64,000 nt of DNA from an uncultured Candidatus Saccharibacteria bacterium (GCA_964612415.1 CAZTCT010000002.1:13631-77630), one strand, 5' to 3'; counted from the stretch's first letter, positions 46,652 through 56,023 are shown. Notes: generated by a model not told the origin, from the sequence alone. A program made the numbers and translations.

Positions 46652-46676
46652 CAAAAAAGGCACACACCTGTGTACC
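46652..46676 (-). terminator. Intrinsic terminator of the HAD gene (GGTACACA-gg-TGTGTGCC + TTTTTTGT on minus strand), 35 nt upstream of the cytochrome c ATG
   Basis: Read directly. Confidence 0.65.
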
Positions 46677-46721
46677 TCTTTCAACTATAGCATATATCCT
46701 TTCCCCTGTAAAGTACCCGCT

Positions 46722-47432
46722 CTAGATCTCGTAGACGACATCCTTTCGTTCCACCACAACCTTCCACCCATTGATTTTTGCATATCTATAGAGCGTATTG
46801 TTGGGGTTGAAACATATCGGTATCTCTACTAACTCGAGGACAGGAATATCACCTTCTGTATCACCCACTCCAATAGACCCTTCAAGAGTAAGATTCTCTT
46901 TCTCCATTGCCCTCTTCACGATATTAGATTTGTTTGCAATCAAGTGTTCGTCAACCACCGAGCCTGTGAAGCGATCTCCGGGACCGATCTCATAAATGCG
47001 TCCGTACACTTTATCAAACCCATATTGTTCACAAAATTTATCCAAAATAGACTTTGGGGATTGAGATATTGCGAGGAGAAAATAGCCTTTCTTCTTCAGG
47101 TCATGCACAAGGTCGCGCGTATACCGATACACCCGGTTTTGATGGTGTGCAAGCACATGATCTGCGGTATCTGCGAATTCACTATAATGCACACCTTTGA
47201 TGTGCTTCATGAACGATTTCACGACGGCACCAATATAGTCTTCATAGGTGCCCTCTCGATCAAGCCACGCACGATATTCTTTCTCAAAACTAGCTCGTGC
47301 CCCCTCGGGGAATATCTCTTTCTCGACAAGCGCAGACACAAGCTCAATGAGCAAGCTTGAGCGGAAAATAGTACCGTCTACATCAAATATCGCGACTTGC
47401 CGCTTAGACTTCATTCTATGATAGTACCACAA
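46722..47432 (-). CDS. HAD-superfamily hydrolase (HAD-IB/phosphoserine-phosphatase-like)
   Basis: DVDGT motif I, C-terminal GDTEGD motif IV. Confidence 0.75.
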   Translation of the reverse strand: MWYYHRMKSKRQVAIFDVDGTIFRSSLLIELVSALVEKEIFPEGARASFEKEYRAWLDREGTYEDYIGAVVKSFMKHIKGVHYSEFADTADHVLAHHQNRVYRYTRDLVHDLKKKGYFLLAISQSPKSILDKFCEQYGFDKVYGRIYEIGPGDRFTGSVVDEHLIANKSNIVKRAMEKENLTLEGSIGVGDTEGDIPVLELVEIPICFNPNNTLYRYAKINGWKVVVERKDVVYEI

Positions 47433-47453
47433 GCAAACCCCCGAGAGGCGGGG

Positions 47454-47786
47454 TCAAACATCTACCGGAACATGCTGCGCAACCTTTTGCCGAAGCACCG
47501 CCATAAGCTCGTCATCCCCTCTGCTAAATACGTCTGGGATATCGAGATCGTAAATGAGCTTTCGGTATGTATTGAAATGCCTTTCAATAAATGTACGATG
47601 GCTTTCTTCGCCTTCTGACATCACAAATACAATATCTGCCCAATTGAGAAGGTCCTGGGAGATTGGATATGGAGAGAGTGGATTGGTGCCACAAAATCGT
47701 GCTTCATAGAGCTTAGACTTCCTGAATAGATCCACGGCAGTAGGTGCGCGACGGAGTCCTTCTGTACAGACAAAAAGGATATGCAT
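47454..47786 (-). CDS. Low-molecular-weight phosphatase/ArsC-fold protein with variant P-loop (CTEGLRR)
   Basis: MHILFVCTEGLRRAPTA keeps the C-X5-R spacing; DIPD candidate general acid. Start taken at the internal Met (ORF track 47867). Confidence 0.5.
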   Translation of the reverse strand: MHILFVCTEGLRRAPTAVDLFRKSKLYEARFCGTNPLSPYPISQDLLNWADIVFVMSEGEESHRTFIERHFNTYRKLIYDLDIPDVFSRGDDELMAVLRQKVAQHVPVDV

Positions 47787-47956
47787 GCGATTCCCTGTGC
47801 GTGTGATGTTCTGAACCACACTTCCAAGAAACCCTTTGATGCTTGGTTGTGCGTAAGATGCAGGCATTGTTGCTTATATTATCTGCCATCAGCACCTCGC
47901 CTGCAATGCAAACTGTGGAAAGCACGATCCTTCGCGCCTTGCTATAATGCATCCAT

Positions 47957-48673
47957 ATGAGCGAAAACGACGAGGTGCGCCTTTTTGATGATTACGGCGA
48001 GGAGTATGCGGTAACCGATTATGTACTTGGATACGCACAGGTAGCAAAATTGCTTTCGCCTCTGGCGGGAACACGAGTTTTGGACTACGGCACTGGGTCC
48101 GGCAAATTCGCACGCTTCCTCCACCGTGAAGGTGCTTCAGTCATTGGCGTGGACATCTCAAAAGAAATGATCGCTGCGGCAGAAACACGCGAAGACGGCA
48201 TCCTTTATGCCCATATTACAAGCGGAGATCTCTCACTATTTCCTGACGGGTCATTCGATGCAGTGGTAGCAAACTTCGTACTCTGTATGATAGAAAGTCC
48301 TGACGAAATCCTCAAAATCACAAAGGAAGCGCACCGGGTTCTTAAGCCCGATGGGAAATTTATCATCCTACATGTGAATTGGGATGACTGCGCAGGAAGA
48401 GAATTTGTATCATTCTCACTAGAGAACCCACAGAATCTACAAGAAGGTGCCCGTGTTACCACCCTTTTGAAATCGGAACCTCCCCTTCCGCAAGTTGAGT
48501 ACTATCGCCCTGTTGAATTTTATACAAAAATTCTTTCAGAGAATGGGTTCTCTGATATGTCAGCGATAAAGCCAACACTTGAAAGCGTCCCTCTAGAGGA
48601 CAAAGTGCGCGTTTCATGGCTTGCCGAGGCGCTCTGTCCTCCATTTGTCATTATCTCAGCACGCAAGCGCTAG
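47957..48673 (+). CDS. Class I SAM-dependent methyltransferase
   Basis: VLDYGTGSGKFARFL motif I. Confidence 0.8.
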   Translation: MSENDEVRLFDDYGEEYAVTDYVLGYAQVAKLLSPLAGTRVLDYGTGSGKFARFLHREGASVIGVDISKEMIAAAETREDGILYAHITSGDLSLFPDGSFDAVVANFVLCMIESPDEILKITKEAHRVLKPDGKFIILHVNWDDCAGREFVSFSLENPQNLQEGARVTTLLKSEPPLPQVEYYRPVEFYTKILSENGFSDMSAIKPTLESVPLEDKVRVSWLAEALCPPFVIISARKR

Positions 48674-50061
48674 CCGTTTATTTTTGCGGTGATAAATGAG
48701 ACGAGGTCCGAGACAGGAATACGCTCCTGCTTCATCGTATCTCTATCGCGTACGGTGACGGCATTGTCTGACAGTGTGTCAAAATCAACAGTCACACAAA
48801 ATGGCGTACCGATCTCATCTTGCCGGCGATAACGCTTTCCGATATTGCCGTTGTCATCCCACATGATCTGCGGAACGACTTTTTTTACTTCATCAAAAAT
48901 CTCTCGGGCTTTGCCGACAAGTTCTGGTTTGTTTTTGAGCAAGGGAAAGATAGCTGCTTTTACAGGAGCAACACTTGGAGCAAATTTTAGATACGCTCGC
49001 TTCTCCCCCTCTACTTCCTCCTCCTTATACGCAGACGAAAGGACTGCGAGAATAGTACGATCAACTCCCAATGATGGCTCAATGACGTGAGGGACTAGCG
49101 GCTCTTTGCCCTCTTCTGTATACATGAGTGGCTGTGTGGATGTCTTTGCATGAGCTGACAAATCAAAATCTGTGCGATATGCCAATCCATACAACTCTTT
49201 GCGGCCAAATGGGAAATCAAACTCAAAATCTATAGTGCGCTTACTGTAGTGCGCGCGATCTTCATCGGCAACTTCAAGTTCATGCACCCCGTCTTTTGTG
49301 ATACCCACCGCAGTAATAAAACTCCAAATAACTTGCCGCCATTCTTCAAATTTTGTCTCCCAGTTTTCCGGCGCAACAAAATATTCAACTTCCATCTGCT
49401 CAAACTCTCGAGAACGAAAAACAAAGTCGCGTGGCGCGATCTCGTTACGAAATGCTTTGCCGATTTGGGCCAAGCCAAATGGCAATTTGGGGTGGAATGA
49501 GTCTACGACATTCTTAAAGTTCACAAACATGCCACCAGCTGTCTCTGGACGAAGGTATGAGATACTCGTTTCGTCTTCCATTGCTCCAACATGAGTCTTG
49601 AACATCATGTTGAATTGGCGAACAGGACCGAAAGCGTGCTCCCGCTTTTTGTCCGAATCATTCTTGTCGCATAACAGCAATTCTTTGTCGGCTGACGGCA
49701 TTGCTTTTATGTCGAAATTGTTCTCATTGGCTCGCTGTTTCGCTTCTTCAACATGATCTGCGCGGAACCTACGTTTACATTTTGAGCATTCCACAAGCGG
49801 ATCAGAAAAGCCCGCGACATGACCACTTGCCTCCCACACGCGCGGGTGCATAAGGATCGCGGCATCTATGCCATACATATCACTGCGACTCTCGACAAAC
49901 ATCCTCCACCAGAGATTTTTGATGTTGTTCTTGAGTGTCACTCCAAGAGGGCCATAGTCCCATGTCCCAGCAAGCCCTCCGTAGATCTCTGACCCTTGAT
50001 AGATGAACCCTCTTCGTTTTGCAAGTGAGACAATATTGTCTAGTGTGTATTCCTTCTCCAT
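48670..50061 (-). CDS. glyQS: Glycyl-tRNA synthetase, single-chain (archaeal/eukaryal-type alpha2)
   Basis: N-terminal EIYGGLAGTWDYGPLG and class II motifs. Confidence 0.9.
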   Translation of the reverse strand: MEKEYTLDNIVSLAKRRGFIYQGSEIYGGLAGTWDYGPLGVTLKNNIKNLWWRMFVESRSDMYGIDAAILMHPRVWEASGHVAGFSDPLVECSKCKRRFRADHVEEAKQRANENNFDIKAMPSADKELLLCDKNDSDKKREHAFGPVRQFNMMFKTHVGAMEDETSISYLRPETAGGMFVNFKNVVDSFHPKLPFGLAQIGKAFRNEIAPRDFVFRSREFEQMEVEYFVAPENWETKFEEWRQVIWSFITAVGITKDGVHELEVADEDRAHYSKRTIDFEFDFPFGRKELYGLAYRTDFDLSAHAKTSTQPLMYTEEGKEPLVPHVIEPSLGVDRTILAVLSSAYKEEEVEGEKRAYLKFAPSVAPVKAAIFPLLKNKPELVGKAREIFDEVKKVVPQIMWDDNGNIGKRYRRQDEIGTPFCVTVDFDTLSDNAVTVRDRDTMKQERIPVSDLVSFITAKING

Positions 50062-50078
50062 GAAAGTCTTTCTGTCGT

Positions 50079-50363
50079 TTATTGTGTTGCCATCTTTGCT
50101 CCTCCGTGATGCCCGGGCGCGTCGTGATGTTCGTCGTGCTCCTGCTCTGGAGGACGCCTCTTATTTAGCATTGCATTATAGCGAGGCTGTTGGGAGTGTC
50201 TTGAGTGAGATGACATGCCCTTCATCATGATACGCATAGCGAGCACATTGAGCCCCAGCGCGACAAAGAACAAGAATATGACCGCAGCAATGGCCACAAT
50301 GACGTAAAATATAACGTCAGAATTAACTCCTCCATACAATACTGCTTGGTAATCTTGTATCAT
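50079..50363 (-). CDS. Small membrane protein with His-rich C-terminus, hypothetical
   Basis: One TM (VIFYVIVAIAAVIFLFFVALGL) and HDEHHDAPGHHGG tail. Confidence 0.45.
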   Translation of the reverse strand: MIQDYQAVLYGGVNSDVIFYVIVAIAAVIFLFFVALGLNVLAMRIMMKGMSSHSRHSQQPRYNAMLNKRRPPEQEHDEHHDAPGHHGGAKMATQ

Positions 50364-50388
50364 GTGGCGTGCAAAAACCTAATTACTT

Positions 50389-50835
50389 CTATTTGTCCGC
50401 GGATGTAATACCGTTGAAATGCTCTTCCTTCTCATCTGCTTTTGTCGGCTGAACAACACCATCCTCGTGCTCAGGTGGTGAATAGAGCGTGTAGAGCTTG
50501 AGATCAGACTTCCCAGTATTGATGATGTTGTGCCATGTCCCCGCTGGGATAATGATCGCCCAATCATCTTTAAGGTCGTACTCTACCGCTCCATTATCTA
50601 GGATAGCTTTTGCCTCTCCTTCTTCAATTCGTATGAACTGATCCAGCCCGTGGATCTCGTTTCCAATCTCTCCTCCTGGCTTCACATTCATCACCACAAG
50701 CTGCGTATAGCGGCTTGTATAGAGTACTCGTCTATAATCCGTGTTGTTGACCGTGGTCTCTTCAATATTTGTTGTATACCCCAATGTTTTTTTGCTCATA
50801 GAATTTTTGAGAAATGCGCTTTCAATAAGCCTCAT
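50389..50835 (-). CDS. Cupin-domain protein
   Basis: GxxxxxHxH(...)E-like cupin motifs (GGEIGNEIHGLDQFIRIEEGEA ... PAGTWHNI). Confidence 0.7.
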   Translation of the reverse strand: MRLIESAFLKNSMSKKTLGYTTNIEETTVNNTDYRRVLYTSRYTQLVVMNVKPGGEIGNEIHGLDQFIRIEEGEAKAILDNGAVEYDLKDDWAIIIPAGTWHNIINTGKSDLKLYTLYSPPEHEDGVVQPTKADEKEEHFNGITSADK

Positions 50836-50868
50836 TGTAGCAGAGGTTCCCCCCTGCGTCTACGCTTT

Positions 50869-51258
50869 TTATCTTCCCTCTTGCTCCCACTTTCTCACCA
50901 TACCCTCGTCCATACCAAAGTAGTGCGCGTACTCATGCCATATTGTCTCACGGATTACCCTTTCAATCTGCACTGAGTCTCCACCAGCCTCGCGCTCAAT
51001 AGGATTTTGAAAGAGTGTGATAGTATCTGGCAATGTAGGACCTACCCCATACCCTTCTCCACGCGCAATCGCAGGTACTCCATGATAAAGCCCGAGCAAA
51101 GTTTCGTTCGCACGCAGCCCTTGCTCTTGCCGAGTCTGCGCTGACACATCATCCTCAACAAGAATCGCGACATTTTTGATACGCTCTCGAAATTTCTCAG
51201 GGATGCTCCCTACCGCCCTTACTACAGAAGCCTCAAAATCTTCGCGTGACATCGGCAT
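50869..51258 (-). CDS. Minimal zincin-like metallopeptidase (HExxH; DUF1025-like)
   Basis: HEYAHYFG zinc-binding motif in an about 130-aa protein. Confidence 0.6.
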   Translation of the reverse strand: MPMSREDFEASVVRAVGSIPEKFRERIKNVAILVEDDVSAQTRQEQGLRANETLLGLYHGVPAIARGEGYGVGPTLPDTITLFQNPIEREAGGDSVQIERVIRETIWHEYAHYFGMDEGMVRKWEQEGR

Positions 51259-51267
51259 ACACCGCGT

Positions 51268-51729
51268 CTAGTTGAGCGTCAGAATGACGTAAGTGAGATA
51301 CACACCAAATCCTACCCATATCGCATATGGAATGAACAGAAGCGCTGCAGAACGGATCTTCCCCCAAAGCGCAAAAATAAGAGCGACTGTAGTGAAGAGA
51401 AGCAAGACCGCAACCCAAAGAGAAAGCCCAAAGCTCTGTAGCCAGAAGAATGTCGCTGGCCACAAGACGTTGAGTAAAATATTGAAAACCAGGAGCACAA
51501 TACTTGCCGCAAATGCCTCATCGCGAGACATGACATTCCACATCATAAGCGCCGCAAGCGTTGCTGATGCATACAAAATTATCCACACGAGGGACAAGAC
51601 GCCGCCCGACGGTGCCCAAACTGGTAGTATTAGCGCGTTGTACCACTCAAGCCCATACCCCACAAGCCACCCACCAAACAGCGCGGTCAAGACCGTAATA
51701 ATCGGAATAATGTAATAATTTGGCTTCAT
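51268..51729 (-). CDS. tspO: TspO/MBR tryptophan-rich sensory protein
   Basis: Five-TM, Trp-rich, LFIPYAIWVGFGVYL C-terminus. Confidence 0.85.
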   Translation of the reverse strand: MKPNYYIIPIITVLTALFGGWLVGYGLEWYNALILPVWAPSGGVLSLVWIILYASATLAALMMWNVMSRDEAFAASIVLLVFNILLNVLWPATFFWLQSFGLSLWVAVLLLFTTVALIFALWGKIRSAALLFIPYAIWVGFGVYLTYVILTLN

Positions 51730-51731
51730 TG

Positions 51732-52196
51732 TTATTGCAATACTTTTAAATCGTTAATTACCTCGCTTGCATGACTCTCCGACTTAACGCGCTTGTACAC
51801 TTTCCTAATAATCCCCTGTGGGTCAATAAGAAATGATGTGCGGAGAACACCTTCGCTTTTGCGTCCCATAAAATTTTTTTCTCCCCAGACACCATACGCA
51901 TTTATGACGATGCGATCTGGGTCTGCAAGGATCGGAAAGGTGAGAGAATATTTTTCAGCAAAATGTTTGTGACTCTCCGTAGAGTCCGCGCTCACACCAA
52001 AGACCACTGCATTGACGGCACTAAGGTCAGGAAGTGCGTCACGGATGGAGCATGCTTCCTTTGTACACCCAGGAGTATCATCTTTTGGATAAAAATAAAC
52101 AAGCACCCACTTCCCTCTGTGCTCTGACAAGTGGTGCACAGCGCCATCCTGATCAGAAAGCGCAAACTCCGGAGCCAACGTACCTTCTTCCACCAT
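51732..52196 (-). CDS. bcp: Peroxiredoxin Bcp (thiol peroxidase)
   Basis: PGCTKEAC peroxidatic motif; start taken at MVEEGTLAPEF. Confidence 0.85.
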   Translation of the reverse strand: MVEEGTLAPEFALSDQDGAVHHLSEHRGKWVLVYFYPKDDTPGCTKEACSIRDALPDLSAVNAVVFGVSADSTESHKHFAEKYSLTFPILADPDRIVINAYGVWGEKNFMGRKSEGVLRTSFLIDPQGIIRKVYKRVKSESHASEVINDLKVLQ

Positions 52197-52287
52197 GCAT
52201 AAATATTGTACCAAAACAGAGGCACTGCGCGATAGAAAGTGGGGATTTATATATAACAAAAGGCCAGCATATGCTGGCCTTGGTGTA

Positions 52288-52449
52288 TTAGGGGAGAGTG
52301 TTGAGCGTAGCTTGTGCTTTGGTGAGACTTAACTGTAAAGTCTCAAAGACTGATACGACCAGCGATTCTCCTCCAGAAAAAACTTGTGGCACGATGAATT
52401 TGAGCATGATAAGGAAAAGTCCAAATCCAATAGCTTTTAAAATTCCCAT
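52288..52449 (-). CDS. Candidate small membrane protein (53 aa), not in ORF track
   Basis: MGILKAIGFGLFLIMLKFIVPQVFSGG...; followed on the minus strand by the perfect palindrome GGCCAGCATATGCTGGCC (52263..52280) + TTTTGTT. Weak Shine-Dalgarno. Confidence 0.3.
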   Translation of the reverse strand: MGILKAIGFGLFLIMLKFIVPQVFSGGESLVVSVFETLQLSLTKAQATLNTLP

Positions 52450-52569
52450 GTCGTTGGCTATATCTGATTAGGATACAGCCGGCTAAATTTGCTAATACGA
52501 CGCGGAAACTTTGTAAGCTCTCGTACCTTCTTTTTTAATTATACCACCATTATGAAAATAATGCAAGTC

Positions 52570-53181
52570 CTACTGGAGAAGCCCTCGTAGTACAGGCTCT
52601 ACTCTATCTGCAATCCGCGCATACCCTTTGTCATTTGGATGCACTTCGTCAGACATATATTCCGGATGAGCGAAAAGTCCGTCCAGTACATCAGACACAT
52701 ACGCTGTATGATATTTCTTGCTTGTAGCTTCGTAATATTCCTTAAACGGATCAGAGAAGACACTCCCCCGCACCCCAAGCAAAAGCACGATTGCTCCACG
52801 GTCTTCTATGTTCTGAACAATGTCTGAAAGAGTTTTGAAAGTTTCTTCTATCGGCACTCTTTTGAGGTGGTCATTGCCGCCTAGAAGTAGGATGACCACC
52901 TTTGGACGGTATTTATCAAGTGCATCAATGCGCGCAAGACCATCTGCAGTAGTATTGCCCGATACACCAAGATTTACGATAGGTCTGCCTATGCGTTTGG
53001 AGAGTAGGCTCACAAAGTCATTTCCTGGGCTTGCTCCAACCCCTTGGATCAAGCTGTCCCCAAAAGCGATGATATCCGTCCCCGAGGATGGGTAATTGGC
53101 AATCGTGCTCTCTCCTGAAAAGAAAAAGGAGCCTCCTACAATGAGCGCAAGAGCGACCCCTCCCGCGATTGTGTATTTCAT
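52570..53181 (-). CDS. SGNH/GDSL hydrolase (arylesterase-like), secreted
   Basis: FGDSL block I, GGNDHL block III, DxxH at C-terminus. Confidence 0.82.
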   Translation of the reverse strand: MKYTIAGGVALALIVGGSFFFSGESTIANYPSSGTDIIAFGDSLIQGVGASPGNDFVSLLSKRIGRPIVNLGVSGNTTADGLARIDALDKYRPKVVILLLGGNDHLKRVPIEETFKTLSDIVQNIEDRGAIVLLLGVRGSVFSDPFKEYYEATSKKYHTAYVSDVLDGLFAHPEYMSDEVHPNDKGYARIADRVEPVLRGLLQ

Positions 53182-53747
53182 TCTGCGTCTACTGGCTCGT
53201 TATCTTCAGTTGCCTCAGTAGTTACATCTGGTCCGTCTACTTTGAATGTAAAGCGATAATTTTGTGGCTCAATAGATTGTGAAGCACGTGGAGCTGGCGT
53301 TACTTCTTTGAGTGTAATTGTGTGCCCTTCAAATGGCAGAGTCTCACCAAGCCCTATCGTCTCTTCGGTGCCGGTAGCTCCAGTAGTAATGCGCAGTGTG
53401 AGCTTGACCGTCCCGGCCTGGATGCACACAACATCCACGGGGCAGCGGCTGTCTTCCAGAACGGTAAGAGGTGTGAGGCGAAGATCAAGCGCATTGACTG
53501 CTTGTTTGAGACTTGCGGTTACAGTCGCGGTATTCGGCATATCAACAACAGGGCATGCGGCAAACTCGCATGACGGAGGGATTCGTCCTACCGCAGAACC
53601 ATCTGGACAAATCTTGGCGTCTGCAGTACAAGCCACTGGCTCATTCCCGTCATCTGGAGTTGGCGCTTTTGCCTCTTTTGAGTAAAGGAAAAGGCCTGCA
53701 ATGATGAGTACCAAAACAATAACCCCTGTCGCTATTTTTGAGTTCAT
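53178..53747 (-). CDS. Secreted/membrane-anchored Cys-rich hypothetical protein
   Basis: N-terminal TM, 8 Cys in the first 110 aa; 4-nt overlap with the GDSL gene. Confidence 0.5.
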   Translation of the reverse strand: MNSKIATGVIVLVLIIAGLFLYSKEAKAPTPDDGNEPVACTADAKICPDGSAVGRIPPSCEFAACPVVDMPNTATVTASLKQAVNALDLRLTPLTVLEDSRCPVDVVCIQAGTVKLTLRITTGATGTEETIGLGETLPFEGHTITLKEVTPAPRASQSIEPQNYRFTFKVDGPDVTTEATEDNEPVDAE

Positions 53748-54193
53748 GTGGCTATTATATACCTCTGGTTATGCCCAGCAAGCCATACCTAAAATAAAAG
53801 ACCACATCTTTCTGTGGCCTTTTATTTCTTAAACATGCATCGGATGCACATTGTTTGAGCTTTACGCGTCTTGATGTATTTGCTTCCGCAGAGGCAGAGC
53901 AAAATCTCCGACCTTCGTGGTCGTTCAATCCATTTCCCATCTTTCTGGAACGTTCGTACCGCTCCTGTTTTGATCGCGTTTTTCATAAAATCAAAAACAC
54001 AAGAAGCATCTCTGCCCCTCGATAACATCTAGTCTGTGAAAATAGCGGCGACTAGGTTTATCTCGCCGGTCCGTAGGGCTATCTTCCCCGCTTGAAATGA
54101 GGTAGATACCCTTTGGAATCAATCCTTTGAGTGTTCAATTACACCAATACCCTATCAAAATAAGGGTTTTTTGTCAATTGGGGTCTAGAAACC

Positions 54194-55990
54194 TTATTTT
54201 TTTGGCTGCTTTCGGAGACGGACTGACTGCGGAGTGACCTCCAGGTACTCATCCTCAGACATTACTTCAAGCCCACGCTCAATCGTGAGCTCATACGGAG
54301 GGGTGAGAACGATCGCCTCATCAGAGGACGATGCGCGCACGTTGGTGAGATTCTTGCCTTTGGTAGGATTGACCTCCATTTGCTCGCCCTTGGCGGTATT
54401 GCCGATGACCATGCCCACATATACTTCTGTCGCGGGGCCGATGTAGAGTACTCCGCGCTCCTGCAAGTTCCACAAAGAGAAGCCAAGCGCCTTCCCTGCT
54501 GCCATGGAGATCATTGAACCAACGGCGCGCTTTTTGATCTCTCCTGCATACGGCTTGAAGCCGACCATGCGAGAAGATAGGATGCCTTCCCCTTTCGTAT
54601 CCAAGATAAACTGATTGCGATAACCCAAGAGACCTCTCGTTGGTCCCTCAAAGACAAGACGCAATGTATCATCATGCTGTTTGATGTCCTTCACCACAAA
54701 CTTGCGAGTACCAAGGCGCTCAATGATGACACCTTGATATGCAGACGGCGTGTCAATAACAGTCTCTTCAAACGGCTCAAGCTTCTCGCCGTTCTCTTCA
54801 TGAAAAATAACTTCAGGCTGCGATACCTGGACTTCATATCCTTCGCGGCGCATATTTTCAAGAAGGATTGAGATGTGCAATTCACCACGCCCAAGTACGC
54901 GGAACGATTCTCCGCCGGGAGAAAATTCCACTTTCAAACCTACGTTAACCTCAAGTTCGCGCTCAAGTCGCTCGCGGATCTGGCGCGAAGTAACAAACTT
55001 ACCCTCTCGCCCTGCAAACGGAGAGCTGTTGACCAAAAAGTTGAGCGCGATAGCAGGCTCATCAATCGCAATAGCTGGCAATGGCTCTGCATTCTCAGCG
55101 TCAGTGATCGTCTCTCCAATATAGATATCTGCAAGCCCCGCGATAAGCACAATATCACCCGCTGTTGCTTCCTGTGCCTCAACTCGCTCAAGACCATTGA
55201 AGGTAAGAAGTTTGGTGATGCGGCCTTGCCTTGTCTCTCCTGTGGGCTTCTTTACGAAAACAGTCTGCCCTGTCTTGAGCGTACCTTGGTATACACGAGC
55301 GATTGCGATACGGCCGAGGAAGTTGTCGTATGCGAGATTGAACGGCTGGATCTTCAGTGGTGAAGTTTCAGTGACATTTGATGCTGGTGTTACCTTTTCC
55401 AAAACAAGATCAAGTAGTGGTGTAAGGTCTTTTGATTCATCAGCAAGTTGGCGCTTTGCTTGTCCAAGGCGACCAATGGCATAGATGATTGGGAAATCCG
55501 CTTGTTCGTCAGAAGCACCAAGCTCAAGGAAAAGTTCAAGGACTTGTTCCTCTGTGCGAGCAGGGTCAGCGGCAGGTTTATCAATCTTGTTGATGACCAC
55601 AATCGGCTTAAGCCCAAGCTCAAGTGATTTCTTGAGCACAAAGCGGGTTTGTGGCATTGGCCCTTCCTGCGCGTCAACAACAAGAAGCACCGAGTCGATA
55701 GCACGAAGTACACGCTCTACCTCTGAACCGAAGTCTGCGTGCCCTGGCGTGTCTACAATATTGATCTTCGTATCCTTGTATACAATAGAGGCATTCTTAG
55801 AGTAGATGGTGATGCCTCGCTCTTGTTCAAGTTTGTTGGAGTCCATTGAGGTACCCTCCTCTGCTGCGCCATTTTGACGCAAGATAGCATCGGTCAAGGT
55901 CGTCTTGCCGTGGTCAACGTGCGCGATAATGGCGATGTTTCGGATTTCCATAAAACTAAAAATTGCCTCGTACCCGAGGCGTCGTTCCAA
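54194..55990 (-). CDS. typA: Translational GTPase TypA/BipA
   Basis: AHVDHGKTTL G1, DTPGHADF G3, EF-G-like domains. Confidence 0.92.
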   Translation of the reverse strand: MERRLGYEAIFSFMEIRNIAIIAHVDHGKTTLTDAILRQNGAAEEGTSMDSNKLEQERGITIYSKNASIVYKDTKINIVDTPGHADFGSEVERVLRAIDSVLLVVDAQEGPMPQTRFVLKKSLELGLKPIVVINKIDKPAADPARTEEQVLELFLELGASDEQADFPIIYAIGRLGQAKRQLADESKDLTPLLDLVLEKVTPASNVTETSPLKIQPFNLAYDNFLGRIAIARVYQGTLKTGQTVFVKKPTGETRQGRITKLLTFNGLERVEAQEATAGDIVLIAGLADIYIGETITDAENAEPLPAIAIDEPAIALNFLVNSSPFAGREGKFVTSRQIRERLERELEVNVGLKVEFSPGGESFRVLGRGELHISILLENMRREGYEVQVSQPEVIFHEENGEKLEPFEETVIDTPSAYQGVIIERLGTRKFVVKDIKQHDDTLRLVFEGPTRGLLGYRNQFILDTKGEGILSSRMVGFKPYAGEIKKRAVGSMISMAAGKALGFSLWNLQERGVLYIGPATEVYVGMVIGNTAKGEQMEVNPTKGKNLTNVRASSSDEAIVLTPPYELTIERGLEVMSEDEYLEVTPQSVRLRKQPKK

Positions 55991-56023
55991 AAGAATACAT
56001 TAAAAACTATGATTTGGCAAGCT

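Noticed and set aside
53748-54193. tRNA or tmRNA in the long spacer (GGTCGTTCAATCC resembles a T-loop)
   Set aside because: No complementary T-stem, acceptor stem or CCA context could be built on either strand. No tRNA-like cloverleaf was found anywhere in the window by eye.
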